IMG/VR virus record: IMGVR_UViG_3300026549_002454
DNA length: 64,000 nt
Source: a virus
Strand: one strand, 5' to 3'
Part shown: positions 10,876 to 20,402 of the stretch, in pieces
Layout of the letters: every line of letters starts with the position of its first letter
Position numbering within the stretch: the first letter of the stretch is position 1
The notes under the pieces: generated by a model
Database searches by the model: none
Seen by the model: only the letters and a program-made list of their open reading frames with translations
Told to the model about the DNA's origin: nothing
Made by a program: the position numbers and the translations under genes

Positions 10876-11421
10876 TCACTGATTATCAATACTTAAAATA
10901 TTCAGGAGCATGTCCTTGCAATGAAACTTGTCGTTGAGCATAGCCATGAAGCGAACCTGGCAGAGCATATACTTCTGCAGGGTGGTCGTGCTAAGATGCC
11001 TTACTGCTACCTGATCCTTAATGCTCGACAGATACTTCTCGAACAATGCACCGATAGTGTTGGAGTCATCCTCTGTGTTGAGATAGATGGCTTTTACTTT
11101 CTCCAAGGAAAGTTTGCCCTCATACTCCAGTTTGTCACTGATCTCCTGGATTTCACTCTCGATGTTGTCCAGCTTCTTGTTGACCTGCAAGGCCTCTGTG
11201 GTCTTCCCCTTCAGCCGTTGCTTCTTGATGTCCCACAGCGACGGGGTAATGGTGATACCCGTCGTCCCGATTGTCACTCTGTCGCCATCCAATGTGATGC
11301 GCAACACGATGGGGCTCTTGCCCTCCTTGTTCACGAAGTTTCCACGCATGTAGAAAACTGTCTTGAATGCTCGTCTCATACTACTAGTAATTTTAAATAG
11401 CCGTTTAATTGTTAAAATCAC
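10876..11421 (-). pseudogene. Truncated tyrosine integrase (arm-DNA-binding domain and start of SAM-like domain only)
   Basis: FYMRGNFVNKEGKSPIVLRITLDG...TTGI..LWD matches Bacteroidales integrase N-termini. The ORF stops at about 180 aa with no catalytic R-H-R-Y domain. Real start is probably the ATG near 11379. Confidence 0.8.
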
Positions 11422-11643
11422 CTCTTGTTACAGGCGAATATTACGAACTCGACGGCTGCAAAGTTAAACATAATATTTTGAAAGACAATGAATTACACAT
11501 AGTCTTGACGTGCTCTGTACATAGTCTGTGTTACAATTTTGATTTTTGGTGTTTTGCTGTAACACCAGTGTAACAAAAACAGACTATTTTGAGACTATGC
11601 AGCCTCTTTTTTAGTAGTCTGAACAAGTGAATCGGGAAACAAA

Positions 11644-11675
11644 AATCGCCGTAACTCGTTGGAATTACGGCGATT
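11644..11675. other. Perfect 11-bp inverted repeat next to the att site
   Basis: AATCGCCGTAA-10 nt-TTACGGCGATT. Confidence 0.6.
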
Positions 11676-11721
11676 AGCTTAATTTCTTACATACTCTTCA
11701 GATAGTCTGAAAAAATGTTAA

Positions 11722-11734
11722 GCGGAGAGAGAGG
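11722..11734 (-). mobile_element. Putative att core (duplicate of a tRNA-Ser 3' end)
   Basis: Minus strand reads CCTCTCTCTCCGC, like tRNA-Ser 3' ends (..GAATCCCTCTCTCTCCGC). The rest of the tRNA is absent. Flanked by short direct repeats and about 300 bp upstream of the integrase. Confidence 0.55.
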
Positions 11735-11992
11735 AACCCCCACCTTTTCCGCTAAAATGTTGTATTTCAATTGCTTATAAAGTCAAGGAATTGAGTTGTA
11801 CCGTATCTGTACCGTTTTTTAGAACCTCTACAGACCCTCTACAGACCATTTCCTAACCCTGCATGACTTGAAAAACACACCCGAAGGCAGTAAACAAGCC
11901 GAAATTTAAAGATCTCTTTTATTTGGGTTCAAAGTTAGTAAAAAATGAACTAACCACCAAATATTTGAGAGACAATTTTTTATCTTGCGTTT

Positions 11993-12065
11993 TGGTACAT
12001 AAGCAGTGCAGGGTGCGAGGTCATATTTATAATAGGACCTTGCACCCTGCACTGCTCATGTACCA
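11993..12065. repeat. Long GC-rich hairpin (30-bp arms, 2 mismatches)
   Basis: TGGTACATAAGCAGTGCAGGGTGCGAGGTC ... GACCTTGCACCCTGCACTGCTCATGTACCA. Confidence 0.75.
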
Positions 12066-12485
12066 TGGCAAGCGCTGGCTTTGGCCTTCTGCACGCTGTT
12101 TGATGGTTTATCTTATATGCTATGGAATCTGCCTTCAAGTACTGTCATGTATCCCTGTAATGGCAGAATAGGCGAGCAATTCTAGCTCTAAGGATTAGAT
12201 ACAAGCAAAATAGGCATAGGAACTGAAAAGTCGAAGTTTGTGGAGAATGGCGTACTCAATATGCGATACGGAATAGCTGTATAAAAGTAAGAAAAAAGTT
12301 GGCAGCATGAAAAAATGTATGTAACTTTGTGGAGACCAAAAGCGACAAAGTCTTGCCGTAAAGCAAGTCTGGGCATGGCAGGAGTGAGTGCAAACACCCC
12401 TTCCTTGTTCTGAATTATATTCTTAAACAAAAATTAAACCCTGTCGAAAAGAGGGGAGTATAAATCACTAAATCAAAGGAAGAGT

Positions 12486-13115
12486 ATGAAAAAATTATCA
12501 TCGACCTTGTTATTTATAACATTTTTGGCATTTGTGCTTTCATCATGCACTAAGAGTACAGAGGAAAAAGCTAAAGAGTTGTCTGAAGCTAAAATAAAGG
12601 AGTCCCTTATCATACCAGACAGCTATGATCTGGCATCGATTGAGGTTGACAGTGCATTTACACCTTATGACGACCCACAATTTTATGAACTGACTATAGA
12701 GTTGGCAAAAGATGGTACGGCTATAGAACAGGCAAAAAGGGATATGGATGATGCTCAGTCTAGCATTGCCTTGTGGGAAAGTCCTTATCAAACATCATAC
12801 GGACTGAATGAGCAGAATCAGGCAAAAGCAAAATATCGGCAAGCTAAAAAAGCCGAATCTGATGCAACAGAACACGCAAAAAGCATTGCTGAAAAAATGA
12901 GAGTGATGTTCTCCAAAGATCCTGAATTCATCGGGATGAAGGCAAAGGTTAGTTATAGGGCTAAAAGCAATAATGGCAATGTTCAAATAGGAACAGCAAA
13001 AGTCCTATTCGACAAAGATATGACTAAGGTCATTAATATTTATGACATGGATGGAGAAGAATATCAGGCTTTCATAGCTGTGTGTAATGAAATAGAGAAG
13101 AATACTCAGAAATGA
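12486..13115 (+). CDS. Hypothetical lipoprotein
   Basis: Lipobox LSSC, 209 aa; TAACTTTG promoter-like motif at 12322-12329. Confidence 0.75.
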   Translation: MKKLSSTLLFITFLAFVLSSCTKSTEEKAKELSEAKIKESLIIPDSYDLASIEVDSAFTPYDDPQFYELTIELAKDGTAIEQAKRDMDDAQSSIALWESPYQTSYGLNEQNQAKAKYRQAKKAESDATEHAKSIAEKMRVMFSKDPEFIGMKAKVSYRAKSNNGNVQIGTAKVLFDKDMTKVINIYDMDGEEYQAFIAVCNEIEKNTQK

Positions 13116-14296
13116 TAGGAGTTAATGACGATTATTCTGTAGAAGTTACATGCACATATAAAGGGGAAACCTATCATGTGCGTGATAATGGGGCTGTCTT
13201 TCGCGTACAGAAAGGGGAAAGAAAGCGAAAATACGATGGATTTTGGACTTTCGGAGTTAAACATATTGAAAACGGCTATATGTATATTTCTCAAGAAAGG
13301 GTGCACCGTATAGTTGCGACTGCTTTTCATGGAGAGCCAAAAAGCAAAGATTTAGTTGTTGACCATATTGACACTAACCGTGCAAACAACAGACCAGAAA
13401 ATCTTCGATGGGTTACCAAGTTGGAAAATGCATTGAATAATCCAATCACCCGTGCAAAGATTATATATATCTGTGGTAGCGTAGAAAACTTTCTGAAAGA
13501 TCCGACGGTTCTATATATGACACCAGTTTCAGACAAGAACTTTGGTTGGATGCGTACGGTTTCTAAAGAAGAAGCAAAAATTTCTAAAGAGAGATTAGAA
13601 GAGTGGGCAAAAGAGACCCCTGAGGAACTTCATGTAAAGGTAGAAAGAACTGGTGAGCCTGTAGATGAATGGATTTTTTCACCCATAGGAAGAAGACATA
13701 GCATATTCGAAGATGATGAAAAGCCGTTCGACTTTTCTAAGTTGCCTAAAGTGCAAGTTAAAGATAATGATTTAAAGGAAACTGCAATTACTAAGCAAAT
13801 TCAAAAGATAAAATCTTCTAATACAGAGATTTCTGAAGTGAAAAAGGTTGAGGACTATTATCAAAGCCCCTCACAGGCACAAACTCCAGATTTAGATGAT
13901 ATTCAACCTGAACATAAAATTACGGATTCTCTAACTCCTAATGCTAAGCAAGAGTATTGGTTTACACCTACTGAATTTCCTTTCTGTCCTAAGGATATGT
14001 CTATTGAGGAATATTATAATAACATCAAAATAGGAGGCATTTTTAGTAAGAATACTAGGAAAATAGGGGTCGTAGTAGACAAAGAATGGATAAAAGAAGG
14101 CGAAGTATTCGTAGTTCTCGCCAAAGATGAAAATGCATTTAATCCCTGGATGCCATCTCCTGTATACATTAAAGATGGCTTCTTCATTCATAGAAATGGA
14201 GGAGCATATTATTTGGAAAGTATAGCTAGAAAAGTTATCAAAGAAATGAAAGGGGAAAAAGTCGAATATGACGATATAGAAGATGCTTTTATGTAG
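13112..14296 (+). CDS. HNH endonuclease-domain protein (HNH_3 type)
   Basis: VHRIVATAFHG...VVDHIDTNRANNRPENLRWVT; start overlaps the upstream stop. Confidence 0.85.
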   Translation: MIGVNDDYSVEVTCTYKGETYHVRDNGAVFRVQKGERKRKYDGFWTFGVKHIENGYMYISQERVHRIVATAFHGEPKSKDLVVDHIDTNRANNRPENLRWVTKLENALNNPITRAKIIYICGSVENFLKDPTVLYMTPVSDKNFGWMRTVSKEEAKISKERLEEWAKETPEELHVKVERTGEPVDEWIFSPIGRRHSIFEDDEKPFDFSKLPKVQVKDNDLKETAITKQIQKIKSSNTEISEVKKVEDYYQSPSQAQTPDLDDIQPEHKITDSLTPNAKQEYWFTPTEFPFCPKDMSIEEYYNNIKIGGIFSKNTRKIGVVVDKEWIKEGEVFVVLAKDENAFNPWMPSPVYIKDGFFIHRNGGAYYLESIARKVIKEMKGEKVEYDDIEDAFM

Positions 14297-14324
14297 GAAA
14301 TATTCATAATAAAAGAAAGTAATT

Positions 14325-14368
14325 AAGTCTTTTGACTTACAAATAGCTATGGGTCAAAGGACTTTTTT
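14325..14368 (+). terminator. Probable intrinsic terminator
   Basis: AAGTCTTTTGACTT...GGGTCAAAGGACTT followed by a T-run, after the HNH gene. Confidence 0.55.
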
Positions 14369-14591
14369 CATCCAAATAAGACAGTTCAATTCTCGTCTAC
14401 ACAGTTGACAATCGCACGCAGTAGGAACAATCCCAATTCGTCTTGTCACTATGAGTAGCCTTCAGCACGAGCAACCCCCTGCCGTCTTATGCTGGGCCAT
14501 GGCCCTAAACAAGTCCTTTCTTCAACTCATAGTTGACATGGGGCTTTTTCTGTAGTCTTCCTCTTTTTTGTCAACCGCGTAATTATAATAA

Positions 14592-15200
14592 CTATTCATA
14601 AAAGTTCTTTATTATTTTCCTAATCCATGCTGGCATCAGCTTATTATCCTCCTCAATGGACTTCTCGTTAATGGTTGTGAATACATGTTTCTGTGTTTTC
14701 AGATGCTCTTCATTGACACTGTTTTGACCTAGCTCCTTCAATGCGAATGTTGCCAGCTGAGCTGTCTTGTTTGTGAAAGCAAGGTTTTTGGGAACAGTAT
14801 TCTTAAACGTTATTGTTCTATTGTTACCGAGCCTAATCTTCCTTGGCGAACCGTCTGTCATGTATACGACGTTCATGGGCACCTGAGTAGATAGTACGAG
14901 TAGATTCATGGCATACGCACTTGTCGGAGCAATGTGTGCCCTGTTTCTTTTTGCTACCTGCAAGGCAATGTCTTCCACAGATGGGTATAATACCCCCAGT
15001 CCCAGTTCCTTGTCTATCTTCGGATATAGATAGATTCCATTGGCAAGCCTTACGATGACAGCATCATTGGTCAACCGCTCCAAAGACTTGGAGACAGACT
15101 TGATGTCACCATAGGCCGGAAAGCTGCTCGGAAAGAATATGGTACCCCTTCCGCACTTCTTAATGCGCCTAACAATCTGTTTACCAATGTTTTCTTGCAT
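14592..15200 (-). CDS. DUF6088 family protein (AbiEi-like type IV antitoxin/regulator)
   Basis: KSLERL...IVRLANGIYLYPK...LSTQVPMNVVYMTDGSPRKI...PAWIRKII. Confidence 0.8.
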   Translation of the reverse strand: MQENIGKQIVRRIKKCGRGTIFFPSSFPAYGDIKSVSKSLERLTNDAVIVRLANGIYLYPKIDKELGLGVLYPSVEDIALQVAKRNRAHIAPTSAYAMNLLVLSTQVPMNVVYMTDGSPRKIRLGNNRTITFKNTVPKNLAFTNKTAQLATFALKELGQNSVNEEHLKTQKHVFTTINEKSIEEDNKLMPAWIRKIIKNFYE

Positions 15201-15770
15201 AATTTTCTATTTATTTTGTCGCAAGTTTACCATATATTTTCGACAATAGCAAATATTATATTTGTTTTTTCACAATAACTTTTGAATAACAATTGTATTC
15301 GGAAGCCTTCAGAAGATAATCTTCTTGAAATAACAGAGGGAATAAGGAAATCAGCGTTTAGAATGATGCATGGTATCAACCATTAAATCTCCAACTAAAT
15401 AGATATTACCACTAACAAAAAAAAATTACAAGCGCAGGGGCATCAGCCTTTATAAGGCTCAATTCGCCAACTATACGGTCTTGTAACTACTTATCAGCAT
15501 CTTGAAAGCCCAACATCGTTATACTTTTGGAAATTCCTGACTAACCCCACATGATCGTCAACCATTATGTAGGAAATTCTTATTTAGTTATCCGACTTAC
15601 GAGTAGAGTAACTGCATTGCAATGCATTTTTTTAATCGATACTAAGCCATCTTTTCCTTCTGTCTCACAATATGTTATCGTTGGATTTTTAATTGCGTCT
15701 GCATTGCAGTGCATATTAAGAGACATTGCAGTGTATACGAGTTTGGGTAAATATATCCGATTTTTGCAAA

Positions 15771-16358
15771 ATGGAAGAAAAGATTTCTACAAGAAAAGAG
15801 GTTGTGAAAACGCAACAAAAGAGAGCTGAACTACAAAAGGAAGCTAAAAAAAACAAGGGGGAAGTCATTGCACCTTGGATGAAAAACATTGTCTTTTGTT
15901 CACCGGAAGGATTTCTATCCCCGGATGAGGATGTAATAAAGGCCCTTTCTGATAGAAGTGGTATAGACGAAAGGCAGATCCGTAAAATTTTGAATGGAAA
16001 TGTGGATTTCAAAATAAGTTCCCTGAACCGCATAGCCGAAGGCCTTGACCTCGTATACATTCTCGTTCCCGTCGTTAAATCGTCTGGTCTCAGAAGAAGA
16101 ATTGCTTACTTTGGCAAGATGGTTGGTCATATCTGGAAGATACCCAGTAAAAAGACAGCCGAAGCAATGCCCTATCTTTTCAGAGAGTTTTCTGCAATAA
16201 AAGATGTTTCAAGGGAAGTCTTCACCACAATCTATGAACTCATACAGGTCGCTTCAGGCGCTATCAGAGGTGGAGGTAAAGACGCGAAACTCATTGAGAT
16301 ATTGAAGAATTGTACCAAGGAGATAGAAAACCTTGTACATGATGAAACGGAAGGTTAG
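15771..16358 (+). CDS. XRE-type HTH transcriptional regulator
   Basis: IKALSDRSGIDERQIRKILNGNVDFKISSLNRIAEGL; ATG at 15771 preferred to the ORF-track start at 15726. Confidence 0.65.
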   Translation: MEEKISTRKEVVKTQQKRAELQKEAKKNKGEVIAPWMKNIVFCSPEGFLSPDEDVIKALSDRSGIDERQIRKILNGNVDFKISSLNRIAEGLDLVYILVPVVKSSGLRRRIAYFGKMVGHIWKIPSKKTAEAMPYLFREFSAIKDVSREVFTTIYELIQVASGAIRGGGKDAKLIEILKNCTKEIENLVHDETEG

Positions 16359-16473
16359 CTAACAGCAACAGGCGACTGGACCCCAATAAAAATTTGAGAG
16401 ACTAAACGGCACTCCTTATTAGTTAGGTTTGTCAACTACATAAAAGACTAATTAATCTTGAACAAAAAACAGA

Positions 16474-17346
16474 ATGAGACGGTATCTTGTAAAAATTGCC
16501 ATGCAGTACGGGTTAATGGCCCAACAGATTCAGTCGATTGATTTCGATTTGCTTGAAAAAACTATCAATGAGTATTACGCCAAGGCGCACGCTTTCTATC
16601 TGAAATCCGTTAAGGACAGCCAATTGGACTATGGCATTTATCACAACATCTTCTTTGTGCTGATGGAGATGGTGGAGGAGAAAGGATGTATCAAGGATGA
16701 CCTGATAAGCAGATTTTCTTACGGTATTGTCAAGCATTCCCTTATCAACAAGGCTGACTTGGTCCGTGAGTACTTCGAGAAGAATCCTGTGGGATGCTAC
16801 TGTCCACTGCTGAAACAGATACTGGGAAGCAAGTATGTCGCCCCAAATGCAGAAACAAAAAAAGAACAAGATGGAAACAAGCATCACGCCATTCTGACTA
16901 ATGAGCAGAAACGTAAGTTCACAGATACGCTGAACGATGTCGACCAGATGAAGGTTCCCAAGATGACGCTCATCAAGACCTCCATGACGGAGGAGATCAT
17001 GGCATCCATAGCGAGCTTTGCCAATCAGATTAGGTTGTTCAGCAAAGATATCAGCACTGATGAAGTGAAGGCTTTTCTTTACAACGAGGAGTGCGCTCGT
17101 CTCAGAATGAACCAGAACAACCTCGTTGCTTTCTTCCTCTACCAGCTCTCAAAACGATCTCTCATCAAAGTTGAGTGGGCTAATATTATCGCCTGTAACG
17201 GGCTGTTGATAAGCTCTTCAGGCAACATCGTCACTGAAGCACATAATCTTACTGTTCCAGCCTGCAAGATAGCCAACAAGCCTCTTGAAGCTCTCAAGGA
17301 TAAGGAAAGATTGATTTACGATTTCGTCCAAAACTTGAAATTTTGA
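16474..17346 (+). CDS. Hypothetical protein of the mobilisable-element backbone
   Basis: 290-aa ORF directly upstream of the xis/primase module, a position usual in Bacteroidales mobilisable elements. Confidence 0.6.
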   Translation: MRRYLVKIAMQYGLMAQQIQSIDFDLLEKTINEYYAKAHAFYLKSVKDSQLDYGIYHNIFFVLMEMVEEKGCIKDDLISRFSYGIVKHSLINKADLVREYFEKNPVGCYCPLLKQILGSKYVAPNAETKKEQDGNKHHAILTNEQKRKFTDTLNDVDQMKVPKMTLIKTSMTEEIMASIASFANQIRLFSKDISTDEVKAFLYNEECARLRMNQNNLVAFFLYQLSKRSLIKVEWANIIACNGLLISSSGNIVTEAHNLTVPACKIANKPLEALKDKERLIYDFVQNLKF

Positions 17347-17455
17347 TTGATAATGATTGACAATGATTGATAATCAGTCCATTGTCAACCATTTTATTTG
17401 TATGCTTTCATTTTTCTTTCTATTTTTGCGACGGCTATCAAAGTGATAGCTGTCG
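17344..17455 (+). promoter_or_regulatory. Promoter with three 10-bp direct repeats and a leader hairpin
   Basis: TGATTGA(T/C)AA x3 (17344-17373); TTTG (17397-17400), 20 nt, TATTTTTG (17421-17428) fits the Bacteroidetes -33/-7 consensus; hairpin CGACGGCTATCA-aag-TGATAGCTGTCG. Confidence 0.6.
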
Positions 17456-17528
17456 GACTGTTTTTATAACAGACTTGCCAAAACGTTCGACTTTTATATT
17501 ATAAACTAAAAGAAAGAAAAGAAAAACG

Positions 17529-17972
17529 ATGAACGCTCAATTAGTTGAACGACTGGAGAAGATGCACCGAATGCTGGCCAAGACGCATGAGGAGATCAGG
17601 GAGCTGAGAATTGAGGTTAACACGTTACACCAAGCCTTGTCATCAGGGGATGACATTCCAGCACCAATGGATAACAAGCAGTCGCCCATGGAGGAAGAGC
17701 TGAGCATTCTGTCAGCCAAGAACATTAAGGTTGGAAGCAAAGAGCTGCTGAGAATACTGCAAATCTCTGAGACCACACTGAAGCGATGGAGAAAGAACAG
17801 CGAACTGCCTTTCGAGTATTTGTCTCGCAACCATGTGGTCTATCCACTGGTGAATATCTATGAGGGCATCTGGAATGGACAGATGACTTGTAAAGGTCTG
17901 GATAGAATTAAGGCACTGGAGAGAATACTCATGTATTCAAGCAATGCGTCCATGTTGTCTTTTGACGATTAA
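17529..17972 (+). CDS. Excisionase-like/MerR-type HTH protein
   Basis: VGSKELLRILQISETTLKRWRKNSELPF...VVY; lies upstream of the primase. Confidence 0.7.
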   Translation: MNAQLVERLEKMHRMLAKTHEEIRELRIEVNTLHQALSSGDDIPAPMDNKQSPMEEELSILSAKNIKVGSKELLRILQISETTLKRWRKNSELPFEYLSRNHVVYPLVNIYEGIWNGQMTCKGLDRIKALERILMYSSNASMLSFDD

Positions 17973-17990
17973 TCATGCTACTTATCCAAT

Positions 17991-20060
17991 ATGGACTACA
18001 AAATTCAGATTCTGAACAAAACACGTCAAGGATTGGATGTGTTTCACCACTACATTACCTTCAAGTTCTCGCCGGACAAGAAGTTCAAGAATCCGTTATA
18101 TCATGACACAAAGGCTTCATGCTATATTCACCTGAGCAAGAAGACGGGAATCTACATGATGAAGGACTTCGGAGATATGGAATACTCCGGAGACTGTTTC
18201 TGGTTCGTGGCGAGGCTGCTGAACCTGGACATGAAAAATGATTTCGTCCAGATACTCCGTCGTATCAACGATGACATGGGACTCGGAGTATTCTTCGATC
18301 CCACACAATCATATAATAGCGGGCACAGGCATGGGACCACACTGCCCCGCCCTGTTGTTAGGGAGCAGCTAGAACTTTCTGACAAGCAGCAGGACGTCCA
18401 GCCGCAGCCTAATATAACGGTGACCTATAAGGAGTTCAGCGAGAATGAACTTCTCTATTGGCACCGGTACGGCATTACGCAAGACGTGCTGAAAAGGTTC
18501 AAGGTGCGCAGCGCGCGGTTTTTGACCGGCATCTCCAAAGAGGGAAAGGAGTATAAGATTTCTTCCCGTGTAGCTGAGCCGATGTTCGTTTATCACACCA
18601 TTGATGAAGCGGTGAAGGTGTACATGCCGAAGAGCAAGCTGCGGTTCATGTATGCGCACCGACCGAGCGGTGAGTATGTATATGGACTGGAGCATCTGCC
18701 GGCGCGCGGACACATGGTGTTCATTACAGGTGGTGAGAAGGATGTCATGTCGCTCGCGGCACATGGCTTCGACGCTGTGTGCTTCAACAGCGAGACTGCC
18801 GTGCCGCCAATCAATATCATTGAGAATCTTCACCGTCGTTTCAAGCATATTGTTCTGCTCTATGACACGGACAAGACCGGCAAGGAGAGTGCGGCAAGGA
18901 TTGAACAGTCGCTGAAACTATATGGTGTGAAGCGGTTAGAACTGCCACTGTCGGGGACAAAGAGTGAGAAGGACATTTCAGATTTCTTTGCCCTGGGGCA
19001 TACTGCAAAGGAGCTGGAAGATCTCATCAGTGATCTCATTCACAACCTCTACCGCAAGAGCTCGGTCATCTTCAAGTCCTGCGAGCTGGACTATAAGAAT
19101 CCGCCTGCCAAGTCCTCTTCTGTTGTCGAGGTCAATGATGTGCCCGTCGGAACCTGTGACAACCTTTTTTGTCTCACCGGAGGTGAAGGCGTGGGAAAGA
19201 GCAACTTCGTTGCTGCCATCATCTCCGGTACCATAGCAGAGAGTGCGCTGGATTCCGAGCGCACACTGGGTCTTACCATCATCCCGAATCCGTCGGGTAG
19301 GGCCGTTATCCTCTTTGACACGGAACAATCTGAGCATCAGCTTTACAAGAATGTTCATAAGGCTATAAAGCGGGCTTATCTCGATGACAAGCCAGACTTT
19401 TTCCATGCCTATCATCTCTCGGAGCAGTCTCGTAAGGAGCGTCTGGACATCATCCGCACGTCTCTCGACATGAACTTCCATGAGCATCATGGCATCCAGT
19501 TGGTCGTCATAGACGGTGTGGCGGATTTGGTGCGCTCGGCCAACGATGAGCTGGAGAGTGTGGATGTTGTCGATGAACTGTACCGTCTTGCTGGATTCTA
19601 CCACTGCTGCATAGTCTGTGTGCTGCACTTCGTACCTAACGGTGTGAAGCTCAGAGGTCATATAGGCTCCGAATTGCAGCGTAAAGCCGCGGGCATTCTC
19701 TCCATTGAAAAGGACACCAATCCTGCATACTCGGTTGTCAAGTGCATCAAAGTTCGCGACGGCAGTCCGCTGGACATCCCGATGATGTCTTTTGGGTGGG
19801 ACAAGAAGGAGGATATGTTTGTCTATATGGGTACTAAGTCCAAGGAGGATAAGGAGAAGCAGAAGACGGCTGACCTCAGAAATCTCGCTGTTAGTATCTA
19901 TGAGAAGGCGGACAAGCTGACCTATAGTGAGATGACGAATGCCATCATCGACGCTATGGAGGTGCAGCCAAGGACTGCCAAGGAGTATATCCGTTACATG
20001 AGGGAAAAAGCAATCATAGAGCAACTGGCTGACCATTCCTACCAACTCAAGATGTCTTGA
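17991..20060 (+). CDS. Toprim primase fused to an AAA_25/RecA-like helicase
   Basis: Toprim motifs FITGGEKDVMSL and LYDTDKTG; Walker A TGGEGVGKS; FDTEQS; VVIDGVAD; KLRGHIGSELQRK. Confidence 0.85.
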   Translation: MDYKIQILNKTRQGLDVFHHYITFKFSPDKKFKNPLYHDTKASCYIHLSKKTGIYMMKDFGDMEYSGDCFWFVARLLNLDMKNDFVQILRRINDDMGLGVFFDPTQSYNSGHRHGTTLPRPVVREQLELSDKQQDVQPQPNITVTYKEFSENELLYWHRYGITQDVLKRFKVRSARFLTGISKEGKEYKISSRVAEPMFVYHTIDEAVKVYMPKSKLRFMYAHRPSGEYVYGLEHLPARGHMVFITGGEKDVMSLAAHGFDAVCFNSETAVPPINIIENLHRRFKHIVLLYDTDKTGKESAARIEQSLKLYGVKRLELPLSGTKSEKDISDFFALGHTAKELEDLISDLIHNLYRKSSVIFKSCELDYKNPPAKSSSVVEVNDVPVGTCDNLFCLTGGEGVGKSNFVAAIISGTIAESALDSERTLGLTIIPNPSGRAVILFDTEQSEHQLYKNVHKAIKRAYLDDKPDFFHAYHLSEQSRKERLDIIRTSLDMNFHEHHGIQLVVIDGVADLVRSANDELESVDVVDELYRLAGFYHCCIVCVLHFVPNGVKLRGHIGSELQRKAAGILSIEKDTNPAYSVVKCIKVRDGSPLDIPMMSFGWDKKEDMFVYMGTKSKEDKEKQKTADLRNLAVSIYEKADKLTYSEMTNAIIDAMEVQPRTAKEYIRYMREKAIIEQLADHSYQLKMS

Positions 20061-20098
20061 GCCGGCAACAGAGGGCACAGGCAGTGCGGTTACTTGCG

Positions 20099-20245
20099 CT
20101 ACCTGGCTACCTTCTTTCTTTTAATAGCGTCAGCAATGGTGAAGTAAGTCCACAGAATGGGAATCAACAGAATCCATAAGATAAGCTTCAAGACAAAGAC
20201 AGCGACGGCGATGATGAGTACGTAAAGGAAGAAGAGTGCGAACAT
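20099..20245 (-). CDS. Small (48 aa) hydrophobic membrane peptide
   Basis: MFALFFLYVLIIAVAVFVLKLILWILLIPILWTYFTIADAIKRKKVAR; TATATTTG promoter motif on the minus strand at 20300-20307. Confidence 0.5.
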   Translation of the reverse strand: MFALFFLYVLIIAVAVFVLKLILWILLIPILWTYFTIADAIKRKKVAR

Positions 20246-20402
20246 GATGACATCTTTTTGAGGGTGAATAATTATGTTGTTTAACTCTTTAATACTATGC
20301 AAATATACGAATAATTTTCGATATACGCAACTTTTTGAGCCGTAATTTTCAATAAATATGCAATAAATTTCTATCTGTCCGAGCGACAAAAACACTATTA
20401 TT

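Noticed and set aside
10857..10884. dif/Xer site
   Set aside because: Only the left arm (CTACCGTATAA) resembles a XerC arm; the right arm does not match TTATGTTAAAT.
11700..11800. Intact tRNA gene
   Set aside because: Only a 13-nt 3'-end match; no T-loop GTTCGAA and no cloverleaf.
18978..20078. 366-aa antisense ORF, and similar antisense ORFs over pglX, brxC and recD2
   Set aside because: Fully overlap well-supported genes on the opposite strand and have no recognisable motifs.
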